Positions 12,210-26,882 of a stretch of DNA of 64,000 bases are shown in pieces. Numbering within the stretch: position 1 is the first letter of the stretch; every line of letters begins with the position of its first letter. The translations under genes were made by a program, and so were the position numbers. Source of the DNA: Isurus oxyrinchus (taxonomy: Eukaryota); the NCBI GenBank assembly GCA_026770705.1, contig JANJGN010000006.1, forward strand, positions 41,726,001 through 41,790,000, given 5' to 3'. The notes beneath the pieces are model-generated. The model was not told where the DNA came from, ran no database searches, and saw only the letters and a list, made by a program, of their open reading frames with translations.

Positions 12210-12646
12210 GAAAGGAAAATCCTGCATTTCTATGGCAACTTTCATGACTTCAGGATGTCCCAAATCACTCCACAGCCAATATATTACTGTTGAACTGTAG
12301 GAAATGTGACACTCAATTTGGACACAGCAAGCTTCTGCAAACAGCAATAAAATAAATAACCAGATGTCTTTTAGATGTTGATTGAGGAATAATTATTGGC
12401 CAGGACATTGGGAGAACTCAACTGTTCTTCTTCGAAATAATGGGATCTTTCAAGTTCAGCTGAGAGGGAAGACTAGGCCTTGGTTTAATTTCTCATTCAT
12501 AAGACAGTCCCTCCACAGTGCGGCAGTTCCTCAGTACTACACTGGAAGTATTGGACTGGATTTTATGCTCAAGCTTCTGAAGTGGGACTTGAACCTACAA
12601 CCTCTGACTTGGAAGAGGGCATTTGCTCACTGAGCCACAGCTGACA
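12210..12646 (-). mobile_element. tRNA-headed SINE with L2-like tail (other copies ~15990-16390, ~22195-22640, ~46360-46730, partial ~48560-48780)
   Basis: Minus head GTCAGCTGTGGCTCAGTGAG (A box) ... GGTTCAAGTCCC (B box); same body repeated several times in the window. Confidence 0.75.
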
Positions 12647-12834
12647 TCTGAACTATTCAGAAATATGATGACTTGGTATGACAACAATGTGAGCCCAGCG
12701 AATCTCCTGATGGCTCTGAACTGAAAATTAAACTTGATTCTGCCTTTTAAATAAGAAGAAGATATCATTTCTAGGATCACATTCACCAGCTTTGGTTTTG
12801 TTTTAAATAAAATCTTCCTTTAATTCTATTTCAG

Positions 12835-12982
12835 CTGCTCGCAGTTGAGCTTTTTAATGTATTACATCGCCTTTTACTAACTTGTGGGCCTCCTTCTGTT
12901 CAACGACAAGTGACTATGGTTGTACAGCAGACGATCCGAGCTTCTCAGGATCACCTCCAAGGGCTGGTGAAGAAGAATCATG
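12835..12982 (+). CDS. HEATR5B: HEATR5B internal exon
   Basis: ttcag|CTGCTC...CATG|gtaagt; [42 protein letters not shown]. Not in the ORF track but phase-consistent with neighbours. Confidence 0.9.
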
Positions 12983-13037
12983 GTAAGTTGGACAGGAAAA
13001 TCAGTTTCTTCTGACACCTACCCAATAAAAACCCCAA

Positions 13038-13718
13038 GGACAGAATATAGCTGTCAGCATGCGGGGGCCGGCCCGACGCATAAAGTGACACGAGATGATG
13101 TCAGGTGTGCGTCCCGACGTCATCGCGCGTGTGTCATTTCAATATTTCGTTCAGCGGGTGCACACAGGAGGTGGCTGTGCGCCCGCCAGACTGTCAACGG
13201 CCTATTAAGGCCATTAAGAAAGCAATTTATCCTATTAACAATGCTGCCCATCCAACCTTAAGGTTGGCGGGAAGGCGAAGAGCCCAAGCGGCCTTTGCGT
13301 TTTCCAGGAAACCTCATCCACGGGCGGGATGAGGTTTCCTGAAGGTTTTATAAAATTAATAAATAAACTTTGTCCACTTTACAAACATGCACCAGCTCAT
13401 GTGACACTGTCACATGATACATGTTTAAATAGTTTTTTTACTTATTTTTTAAAAAACTTTTATTATCCACTTAATCTCCCTGAGACAGCTCCATGCCTCA
13501 GGGAGATTTCTGCGCTCTTTCGCAAAACAGCACAGGCCCCGACTCTCCCTCCTCCCACCGCCCGCACAGGTAGCGCTGAGCGCTACTGGCTACATGTCAT
13601 GCTGAGCGAGTCTTAATTGGTCCGCCGTGTAAAATGGCGGCGCGTAGCCGCTCACAGGTGGCAATCAGCTCTGTGCCTGCTCTTGCCCAGCCCACCCACC
13701 ATAGGTAAGATCCTACCC
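13038..13718. mobile_element. Probable non-autonomous DNA transposon (Harbinger/PIF-like MITE), CpG-rich
   Basis: Abrupt GC/CpG-rich block with CAA on both flanks and degenerate termini GGACAGAAT / ATCCTACCC resembling the TIRs at 41019/44737. Confidence 0.5.
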
Positions 13719-14648
13719 CAAGTGTGTTGCAGTCTGTTTTATGGATATTGAAGGATCAGTGTTATGAATATAGCTCTAGATGTGACAGGAGCATGTTTCA
13801 GGGATTTTTTAATCCATTCACAGGATGTGGGCTTCGCTGGCTAGGCCAGCATTTATTGCCCATCCCTAGTTGCCCTTGAGAAGGTAGTGATGAGCTGCCT
13901 TCTTGAACCGCTGCAGTCCATGTGGTGTAGATACACCCACAATGCTATTAGGAAAGGAGTTCCAGGATTTTGACCCAGCGACAGTGAAGGAACAGCGATA
14001 TATTTCCAAATCAGGATGGTGATTTGTACACATCCATCCCATCTAAGCTTGTGATGTGTGCTCCTGCAGGCAAGGTCCACATCAGGAGTTCAATTTGGTA
14101 ATATTGCAAGCTTTGTCATGTTTCCTATTCAGGATGAAAAGAGACATTCAGACCCATACCCTTTGGTGTCTTTTGGTTGCAGGCAAATTTGAATAGAATC
14201 AAATTGGTTATTCCTGACACTTCATTAAAATAAAATTTCACTCCCAAAATTTGCTAACAAGAAATTGGATCATGAGTCTGCCTTTTGACCCTCGAGCCAA
14301 CTCAAAAAGATCAACCTTCTACCTCAATTCCACTTTCACTGCTCTATTTCCATGCATCTTAATTCCCCTAGTCTCCAAAAATCTATTAATCTCAGTCTTG
14401 AATATATTCATTGATTTAGTATCCAGTCCTCAAATTCCAAAGATTCACAATCTCCTTGAGTTAGAAGTTTCTCCTTATCTGAGTTCTAAATAGCCTTATC
14501 CTGAGAATACAATCTTTGGTTCTAGATTCTTCAACCAGGAAAAACAAGTTCTCAGCATCTACCCTGTCAAACCCTCATTATTATTTTTTCATTTTTTGTT
14601 AAATATTATGTTTCTGATTTGTTTAAAGTGAACATGGTTGTCTTCTAG

Positions 14649-14921
14649 ATGACAAATGTGTGCCTGAGGAGAACCCGCTGACCATTTTAGGAGAAGGAGG
14701 GAAAACCGGTGGCCTGATTCCTGGCAAATCCGTCGTTTTTGCCGCTTTGGAGCTGCTCATGTTCATTCTGGTACGACACCTCCCACAGCTGAATCCGAAA
14801 GTGTCAGACTCTCCTAGTCATGTTCTCAGCAAGACGCAGCCATTAGCGGAAGAGAGCGCCCAGCTTATAGCTGTCAGTGTTTCTATCCTGGCTGACTTAC
14901 CATCACTTTGTTCTCCGACAG
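14649..14921 (+). CDS. HEATR5B: HEATR5B internal exon
   Basis: tag|ATGAC...ACAG|gtaag; ...[35 protein letters not shown]...LPSLCSPT. Confidence 0.93.
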
Positions 14922-15109
14922 GTAAGAACAGCTTTCAAAACAAGTACTAAGTGAGCACTATTTAATGCACACAATGATCCTGCAATGTCTAGTCAGTGAG
15001 GTGAATGAATTTAATCTGCAGGTTATGTCCCACTGACCTGTTGATAGTAACTAGCCTGGGTTCCTTATGTTAGTCATAACTTAGTTAAATTTTCCTTGTA
15101 TATAATTCC

Positions 15110-15650
15110 ATAGAGGCTGCAGCAGAGCAACAAGCCATTCATCCCATGTCCCATGTGGTGTTTATGCTCCACATGAGCCTCCTCCCACCCCTCTTTATCT
15201 CACCTTATTCCTCTATGCCTTTTTCTTCTTATAATTATAGAAGTATCTATACTATTCACCACAACTATTTGTTGTGGTAATGAGTTCCACATTCTCATCA
15301 CTCTCTGGGTAAAAAAGCTTCATCTGCATTTTCTATTGGATCTATTATCTTATTTTTATCTAGCTTTGGATTCCCCCATAAGTGGAAACATTTTCTCTAA
15401 GTCTATCCTATTAAGCTCTTTCATAATCTTAAAGACCTCTGTCAGTTCACCCCGCAGCCTTCCCTTTCTCTGGAGAAAAAAGCCCCAGCCTGTTCAATCA
15501 ATCCTGCTGGATCTAATCTCTCAGTCCTAGTATCAAATTTGTAAATCTTTTTTGTTTTTTCTCTAGTGCCTCTATATCCTTTATTATAAAATGGAGACCA
15601 GGACTGTGCTGCACAGTATTCCACGTGTGGTCCAAACAACACTTGTTCCA
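15110..15650 (-). mobile_element. CR1 3' fragment (similar fragments ~8330-8830, 14270-14580, 16790-16990, 19150-19460, 23610-24020, 24380-24650, 40600-40905, 46770-47520, 56390-56570, 57160-57759)
   Basis: CR1 RT C-terminal residues (PHVEYCAAQSWSP) and shared 3' UTR wording. Confidence 0.65.
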
Positions 15651-17032
15651 TATAGGAATCAGACTTGCTCCACAAAGGAGTATGCTCTTCTATAATTTAT
15701 AAACCCATCAGGTTATAATGCCGTAGATGTTTGTGGTTTGTAGCACAAGAGCTATACAGCAAGGCTGACTCATGATCCTGGAATGCAGCATGCTGAGTCG
15801 AGTTGTTTATTAGGTCAGGTTGCTGGAGCAGGGACCCACATCTGACTGAAGAGATTGAACCTATCTAGCAGGCACTTAAGATGAGGGAAATCTGAACTGT
15901 GTTCTCGGATTCCTCTCAAACTATGCTGCAAAAAACCATCTCTAGTGGCAGAAAGAATTGGGGCACGAAAACAAATGTGTATAGAAAAAGAACTTGCATT
16001 AATACCATGCTATTCATGACTCAAAGTGTTTTTGAAGTGTAGTTGTAATTTAGGGAACACGGCAGCCAATTTACACACAGTAAGCTCCCACAAACAGCAG
16101 TGAGATATTGACCAGGCAATCTTTCTTTACTGATGTTGTTTGTGGGGTAAATATTGGCCAGGAAATCAAGGAGAACAACTGTGTTCTTAAATTGTACCAT
16201 GGAATCTTTTGCATTCCCCTGAGACCAGATGGGGTCTCAGTTTAATGACTCATCTGAAAAACAGCACCTTCAGTAGTGCACTGGAGTGTTGGCTTAAGAT
16301 TTTATGCTTAAACCTCTGGAGTAGGGCATGAAACCACAATCCTCTGACTTAAAGATGATTGTGCTACCCAATGAGCCATAGCTGACACTAAAATTGGGCA
16401 AAGAGTAGTGGTGGATGAATAAAATCTTTTAAAGGTGATAGTTCTGTGTAAATATCTTGTTAGATTGTCTGACTTTGATATGAAATTCTACCAGATGTTT
16501 TCTTTTCAGAAAGGGAAGAAACATGAGGGTGTGCTACCCTAAAAGATGCTTAGTTTGCAGTAACGTTTGGAGAGCACTTGGCACGTTACTCTTTTAAACT
16601 GCTGAACAATTTCAGCAGCACTTTTTCAAACTTATGGTGGTAGTTGCTAGTGTTTTCCAGTTGATTCAAGTTACTCAATTATTGATCCATGGTATACTTG
16701 TGAGGATGTCTGTTCTTGCTTTTATTAACTTTTGGCCTGTCTACCTAATTTTACTCGATAGGATATGACATTTAAAATCTTTCAATATCCACAAATGTTT
16801 ATAGTACCCAAGAGAAGGCCATCGTGTCGGTGCTGATGCAAGTTTTCTGACCATTCCTGTGTACCTTTATCCCATTTATCTGCTCTTTCCTGTTGTCTAG
16901 TTATATTTTCCCTTTCAATCCAGTTCTCTTTAAAAGATGCGACAGTGTCTGCCTCGGCCACTTGTGGTAAAACGTCCAATTTCCTCATAATGGATACTTG
17001 CTAACGGCTTGTATCTGGTTCAATTTTCACAG

Positions 17033-17257
17033 GAAGTATGACTGTACTACCTACAATCCTTTACCTGATCACTGGTGTGCTGAGAGAAACAGCAATAAAG
17101 TTGGCTGATCACCATGTGTCACTGCCAGTCAGTGCCGCACTGCAGGGGATCAAAACTATTATAACTTCTCCACTAGCCAAATCGGAACAAATCCACAAGC
17201 AGTGGAAAGATCTCGTCTGCAGCTCTCTGGCTTCCATCTTGGAATATTCCAAACCAG
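17033..17257 (+). CDS. HEATR5B: HEATR5B internal exon
   Basis: cag|GAAGTATG...CCAG|gtagg; [21 protein letters not shown]...ILEYSKP. Confidence 0.93.
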
Positions 17258-17595
17258 GTAGGACACATAAAATGCAGCCAAATATTTGGCCGTCACTTTA
17301 TTAATCTTAGTTCCTCCTGGCTGATCCGGTGGAGTTATCTGAGAGCCATACCTCCCTTTTGTCACACACTGCAGCCAGTTAAGAGGGGAACCATTTTTTT
17401 CAATGGATTACCCAACATTCAAAGCCACTCGCTTTCCTTAGCAGCTGACGGCAATGAGATATGGAAGTAAGCAGTGTTTCAAATACTGGGGAAATAGTGT
17501 GTCAGGACAAGACTTTGTACAGGTGATCCCAGTGATTTGAAAAGATTAGGAATCCAAGTTGATAATGGGCATCAAGCAGCACTGAGATCATGCAA

Positions 17596-18105
17596 GGGCA
17601 CACTGGGATCCGGATTGATGGCGAGGGCACACTGGGATCCGGATTGATGGCGAGGGCACACTGGGATCCAGATTGATGGCAAGGGCACACGGATCCAGAT
17701 TGATGGCGAGGGCACGCTGGGATCCGGATTGATGGCGAGGGCAGGCTGGGATCCGGATTGATGGCGAGGGCACGCTGGGATCCGGATTGATGGCGAGGGC
17801 ACGCAGGGATCCGGATTGATGGCGAGGGCACACAGGGATCCGGATTGATGGCGAGGGCACACTGGGATCCGGATTGATGGCGAGGGCACACTGGGATCAG
17901 GATTGATGGCGAGGGCACACAGGGATCCGGATTGATGGCGAGAGCACACTGGGATCCGGATTGATGGCGAGGGCACACTGGGATCCTGATTGATGGCGAG
18001 GGCACACTGGGATCCGGATTGATGGCGAGGGCACACTGGGATCCGGATTGATGGCGAGGGCACACTGGGATCCGGATTGATGGCGAGGGCACACTGCGAT
18101 CCGGA
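17596..18105. repeat. 29-bp minisatellite, ~17.5 copies
   Basis: Unit GGGCACACTGGGATCCGGATTGATGGCGA; the 29-aa periodicity of the spurious minus ORFs confirms the unit length. Confidence 0.97.
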
Positions 18106-18158
18106 ACAGGAATGGTGCACTTACTGTTTTACTCACTCAGCTCCTCTCTCCCCTTTAG

Positions 18159-18310
18159 ATGAATCGAAGCCGAGCGTAGATGACGTGAGCATGCTCACAG
18201 CGATTACCCTCTTCTTATTGTCTGCCAGTGACGAGATAGTTGGGATTTCTTCCCTCCAGAATGGTTGCGTTGAGAGATTTGGAAGTGCTTTAAATTCCAG
18301 AGACCCCTGG
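18159..18310 (+). CDS. HEATR5B: HEATR5B internal exon
   Basis: tag|ATGAATCG...TGG|gtaag; [24 protein letters not shown]...ALNSRDPW. Confidence 0.93.
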
Positions 18311-19695
18311 GTAAGATTTACCTCTTTGTCACAGTTGTGTATTAATCACAGCACCAAGTGTAAGAAATGGAAGTTGAAATTCATCTCTGCCTAGGAAATT
18401 TAATCCTTGAATTAGAGAGTATTTCTATCAGGATAGATTCTCTTCCCTCTAACTCCTTGGTCACCCCTTCCAAGTCTGTAACCATCTTTTTCCTCACTTT
18501 TTTCTTGTGCTGCACCTCAGTGAATTTACCTGCCAGCGCAGTCATGTATAGCTTGTGTATGTATGCTGAGATGCCCAGCTTCATCTGCTGTCCCCTACCC
18601 TCTGTTCTGGGACATCACTATACTATCTGACCACTGGCTTAATGTCCTGTCATGGACAAGCCAAAACCTGCTGCTCCTGAACCCCAGCAAAGCCAAATCC
18701 ATGCTATCAGTTCCCACTGGAAGCTTTACCTCTCACCCCTGCTGATCTGTGATGGCTGAAGCAGGTCAAACCCGGCTTCTGTTCCCAGGAGCCAGGTCTC
18801 CCCTCGCTGGCCCCAGATGAAATAATCACATATGCAGCTGATCTTTTTAAGCAGCGTGTTAATTTTTTTTCTGGTGGGACCTCTCGGAAGATCTCTCTGT
18901 TGCAATGTTTCCCATAAGAAATGTGAAAGTAATACTTGTGTCCTGTGTTCTTTGGCATTGGGCGGGAGGGAGGAACTTGCAGCTTTAAAGGAATCATTTT
19001 GCGTAGGGAGAGGGGTGGTGGGGGATATATACTGGATTCATCTGGCATGAACAGCAGTTCCAGGCTGTTTGACTTCAGTCACTGTGAAGATTATATATTA
19101 ACTACTACTAATACCTCATTCCTTTTGGCAACAAAAATTGCTATTCAGAACAGAAAGAGCTGTTCAACCCCTCGAGTCTAGTGTGCTATTTCATTAGTTC
19201 ATGGCTAATCTGTACCTCAAATCCATTTACCTGCCTTTGCTCCAGATCCTTAGATTTTCATTGAGTAAGGGTATCAATCGACTGGCCTTAAATATCTTAA
19301 TTGATCACCTCCAACATAGCATCTCAAGTCTTTTTGGGAGAGTGTTATAGACTTCCACTACTCTTTGTGTGAAAATGTGTTGTGATTTTATTCCTAAACA
19401 ACAGAGCTCTAGTTTTAAGATGATGCCCTTTTATGTTCGATTCCCCCGCCAGAGCCAAATCTTCTAATGCATACATATATACACCCACTTCTTCCAGTTC
19501 TGACAACAGGTCATCAACCTGAAACTTGCACCCTGTTATTCTCTCCACAGATAATGCCAAACCTGCTGAGTATTTAGTGTTTTTTATTTCTATTATAAAA
19601 ACACATATAATGTTGATTTGATGTGAGTGTACAGATGTTGAAAGCTGGAATGCAAGGCATGAAATTAAGACCCATGATTCCTCTGTCCTTTGTAG

Positions 19696-22159
<2,464 letters not shown>

Positions 22160-23350
22160 TTGTCTCAAGCACTAAAGCAGGAACTAAGCCAAAAGAAAAG
22201 TGCCTCTATTTCTATAGCTCATTTCACAGTCTCAGAATGGCCAAAGCCCTTTACACTTACTGAATTACTTCTATAGTCACTGTTTTAATGTCGAAAACGA
22301 GGCAGGCAATTTGTACACATCAAGCTCCCATAAGGAGAATTGATATAATGATCCGATTATCTGTTTTAGTGATGTTTGTTGAGGAATAAATATTGACCAG
22401 GATTCCAGCTCTTCTTCAGATAGTACTGTGAAATCTTATACTTGACCTGACCGGTCAGATGGGACCTTAATTTAAAATTTCATCTGTCAGACAACAACAG
22501 TAACAGTGCAGCACTCCCTCAGTATTGGCACCAAGGGCGTCAGGCTGGATTTTGTACTCAAGTCTCTGGAGAGGAACTTGAACCCATAGCCTTCTGATTC
22601 AGAGCTGAGAGAGCTAGCCACTGAGCCATGGCTGGCATCTAACAATTACTTAACTAGTCTCAAGTGCTTCTGTCATTTGCCCATGGGTTTCATCTGACTA
22701 AAGGCTTCATTCAGTCTAATTTAGGATTGTCGCAGTTTCTATTTTGTACATGTTGAATGCAGAACTATCTGTAGTTTAAAGCCTTTCCTTGGGAGATTTA
22801 CCCTGTCCAGTAAGTGGTCTCCATTCTCTATGTTGTGAGTTCTCTTTGAGAACAATGCTAGGAACCACTGGGCTCTACAGCTTTGAGCTTTCAGTATTCT
22901 TAACACAGGTTGATTACCTACTATTGTTTTGAGACTTATACAAAGTTTAGTGAGCTTTCATCAGAGACTTGGTCCTTTTTCACATTAACCCTGCAGCTGG
23001 TGCTGGAATAATCACAGGCCACTGACATCAATAAATTCAACAGCTTTAGAAAATAGAATTGCCATCCTTTCATCAGGGATTGGTGTCGCTTCGAGAATTA
23101 ACGTGGCTTTCACTTTAGTCATTCAACACTACAGTAAATTTGCATTGGGCCACTTTTGGTCCACTATTCTAATTACATATGTATATCTGTACTTATGAAA
23201 TCTGAACTGTTCTCAGAACATGGTAGGAGAAGTGGGATAATTTTATATTGCTCGTGTTGCTGGTTAATTGCCACTCTGGCAAATGAAAGCTAATGATTCA
23301 ATTTGGTTCCCTAATGGGAAAAGTTAAAGGATCTGTATCCAAGGGTGATT

Positions 23351-23752
23351 TGTGCCGTGGCCTATTTTCCTTCCCTTCTTTCCCCTCCCTTTATCCCAGA
23401 TCGTACACCATTACAGAAATCGGCAAACGTTCTGCAAAACAAATAATAGTTTAAGATTTTGTGAAGGAAGACAATTGACTTTTGCAGGTAATGGCATTGT
23501 ATAATGTGCCCAGACCATCAGTCCTAAACACATCTGTGTCACTACTACAGCGACCTTATGAAACAACTTACAAAGTAATTGCTATGTAGGCAGCCAATTT
23601 GAGTACAGAAATCATAGAATGATGCAACACAAAACGAGGCTGTTCGGCCCATTGTACCTGTGCCGTGGCCTATTTTCCTTCCATTCTTTCCCCTCCCTTT
23701 ATCCCAGATCGTACAGCATTACAAAAATCTGCAAACGTTCTGCAAAACAAAT
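23351..23752 (+). repeat. ~94-bp direct duplication (23351-23444 and 23659-23752)
   Basis: TGTGCCGTGGCCTATTTTCCTTCC...GCAAACGTTCTGCAAAACAAATA present twice with a few substitutions. Confidence 0.9.
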
Positions 23753-24689
23753 ACTAATTTGAAATACTAATTAGTCCCAACAGCCTGGCAGTTTTCTCCT
23801 TTTTAAGTATTTATCCAATTTCCTTTTGAAGGTTGTTATTGAATCTGCTTCCATCATCCGTTCAGGTTATACATTCCAGAATTACCATAGCCCACTGAGT
23901 TTAAAAAAAAATACCCTCAATTACCCTCTGGTTCTTTAGCCAATTATTTCAAATATGTGTCCTCTAGTTACCAACACTCCTGCCACTGGAGACAGTTTGT
24001 CCTTATTTCATTCATAATTTCCTACTAGCAGTAAGTGAGATTAAGAATGGTTGCTTTTGTTTTGTGGTTGTTGGTTCAACAGGGAAAATGCTGAACAACA
24101 GGAGCCTCCCTCATCCATTATCACGGCATCTACTATGCCCACCAGAAAAGACAGCCTCAGCCTCTGTGTTTAGCCTCTCATTGGAAAGTAGGCACCTCCG
24201 ACAATGCAGCACTGTCATACACCGAATTTAAGATTGGAGACTTGAGGCCCCGCAGTTGGAGCCCTTATCCCACAACCTTCTGATCAAGAGGCTATAAGTT
24301 GAGCTATTAACTTGAAGTGTAATGTGGGATTTCTAGCACGAGGAAGCAGCTTAGAAACAAAGCATGCCAACAGACTTATGGCAGAGTTCAAAACTAGGGG
24401 CCATACATAAAGTAGTCACTAATAAATCTAATACAGAATTCAAAGAAATTCCTTGACCCAATGTGGAATCTATTACCACATGGAGTAGCAGAGATGAATA
24501 GCATATATGCATTTAAGGGAAAGCTAGATAGGTACGTGAGTGACAAAGGAATAGATGGAAATGCTTATAGAGTTGAATGAACAAGGATGGGAAGAGGAAC
24601 ATGTGGAACACAAATACTTCATGGGCATATTGGGTTGAATGGCCTGTTTCTAATTTTAATTCACTCGGCATATGATGGTAGTTAGCAAA

Positions 24690-26275
24690 GCCAGCAATGC
24701 CTATCCTTAATAGCTCTTGAGATTGTGGCGGTGAGCTGCCTATTTGAACCGCTGGAGTCTAGGCACTCCCACAGTGCTGTTAGGGAGGGTGTTCCAGCAT
24801 TTTGACCCAGCAACAGTGAAGGAACGGCGATATATTTCCAGGTTAGGATGGGGAGTGGCTTGGACGGGAACTTCCAGGTGGTGGTGCTCCCATGTGTCTG
24901 CTGCCCTTGTCCTTCTAGATGGTAGTGGTCGTGGATTTGGAAGGTGCTGTCGAAGGAGCCTTGGTCAGTTGCAGTGCACTTGTAGATTGTAGACACTGCT
25001 ACTAGATGTATCAAGTTTCTTGTGTGGTGTTGTTTTGTTGGAGCTGCACTCACCCAGGTAATCGGAGAGTATTCCATCACACTCCTGACTAATGCCTTGT
25101 AGATCGTGGACAGGCTTTGTGGAGTCAACAAGTGAGTTGCTCATCACAGAATTCCTAGTCTCTGACCTGAACTTATAGTCACAATATTTATATGGCTGGT
25201 CCAGTTAAGTTTTTGGTCAATTGTCATTCCCTGGAACGTAGATAGCGGGGGATTCATGATGGTAATGCCATTTAAGGGGCCATGGTTAGATTCTTTCTTG
25301 TTGGAGATGATCATTTCCTGGCACTTGTGTGCTGCGAATGTTACTTGTCACTTATCAGCCCAGGCCTGAATGTTGTCTAGGTCTTGCCACGTGGGGGCAC
25401 TGCTTCAGTATCTGAGGTGTTGCAAGTGTTGCTGAACATTGTGCAAACATCCCCACTTCTAACCTTTATATTGGAGGAAAGGTCATTGATGAGGAAGCTG
25501 AAGATGGTTGGGCCTAGGACACGACCCTGAGGAACTCCTTCAGTGATGTCCTGTGGCTGAGGTGATTGGCCTCCAACAACCACAACAATTTTCCTTTGTG
25601 GTAGATATGACTCCAACCAGCAGAGAGTTTTCTCCATGATTCCCATTGACTTAAATTTTACCAGGACTCCTTAATATCACACTCGGTCAAGTGCTGCCTT
25701 AGTGTCAAGGGCAATCACTCTTATCTTACCTCATGAATTTAATCTCTCTATCCATGTTTGAATCAAGGGTGTAATGAGGTCTGGAGCTGAGTGGCCCTGA
25801 CAGAACCCAAACTGAGCATCAGTAAACAGGTTAATGCTCATTAAGTGCCGCTTGATAATGACATATTCCATCGCTTTCCTGATGGTCGAGAGTAGACTGA
25901 TGGGGCGGTAATTGGCCAAGTTGGATTTGTCCTGCTTTTTGTGCTCAGGACATAACTGGGCAATTTTCCACATTTTCGGGTAGATGCCAGTGTTGTAACT
26001 GTACTGGAGCAGCTTGGCTTGGGATGCAGTTGGTTCTGGAGCACAAGTCTTCAGTACTGCTGCTGGGACATTCATGTCCATAGCCTTTTCTGTATCCAGT
26101 GTCTTCAGCCGTTTTTTGGAATTCTTGATAGTGCGTTTGGGCCTGGAGTCACATGTAGGCCAGACCAGGTAAGGACAGATTTCCTTCTCTGAAGGGCATC
26201 AGTGAAGCAGATGGGTTTCTACTAGTCCAATAACATTACTACTATGCTACCGTTCTGGTAATTATAATTATATAC
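24690..26275 (-). mobile_element. CR1-group (Zenon-like) LINE, internally deleted copy: RT half joined to head-derived sequence
   Basis: NYRPISLLS, QFGF and GVPQGRVLGP motifs. 26135-26275 matches the 5' UTR/head seen at 44285-44520. Confidence 0.8.
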
Positions 26276-26344
26276 ACTCACTGTAATGAGTAGATATGAG
26301 CTCAGGATTATTGCCCTAACAAAAGCTTTTCTCTTCCTTCCCAG

Positions 26345-26652
26345 GAACTCAGCTGCTTGCTCTTTTGGTTCCCACTCTCATCTCATACCTGCTGGATGAG
26401 AAGACTTTCAGCTCAGCTCCCACGGCTTCCAGAGGTCTTCATGAACTTGCTCTGCAGGATCTCATGCGCATTGGTCCTCTCTACCCCAGCGCCTTCAAGG
26501 TGGTGATGGGGGCAGCGCCCGAACTCAAATCAAAGTTAGAGGCTGCAATCCGAGCCAGCCAAGCCAGCTCCCGGGCCAAGGCTGCAACCCAGCAAGTGAA
26601 GCCAGCTGTGCAAGCTGCACCCACCATCAAGCTGAAGACGAGCTTCTTCTAA
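26345..26652 (+). CDS. HEATR5B: HEATR5B last coding exon
   Basis: ccag|GAACTCAG...; [19 protein letters not shown]...[12 protein letters not shown] matches the HEATR5B-type C-terminus. Confidence 0.95.
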
Positions 26653-26876
26653 AATAGGTGGAGATGTTTTCACATTGACTTAAAAGCTACTGAATGGTTC
26701 CACTTCCCCTTTACTGCTGTGCGAGTGTGAGAGTCGACTCCCCTGATGTCTTCTGTACAGGTTTATGGTTTCTGTTAGCTATGTAAATTGTTTAACAAAG
26801 AAAGCAATTTGGGTTTATTGGTTTAAAAACTGTTTGTGTATAGGTATAACATTATTATATCACAAAGTATGTTATA

Positions 26877-26882
26877 AATAAA
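26877..26882 (+). terminator. Candidate HEATR5B polyadenylation signal AATAAA (second candidate 27030-27035)
   Basis: AATAAA ~225 nt after the stop in AT-rich UTR with a U/GU-rich downstream tract. Confidence 0.5.

Noticed and set aside
12585-12646. tRNA genes (also ~44436-44525 and ~52600-52686)
   Set aside because: A/B boxes are present but there is no convincing cloverleaf, and each continues into a repeated SINE or LINE body.
17502-18136. Long repetitive minus-strand ORFs
   Set aside because: Translations of the 29-bp minisatellite in all three frames; no independent sign of coding.
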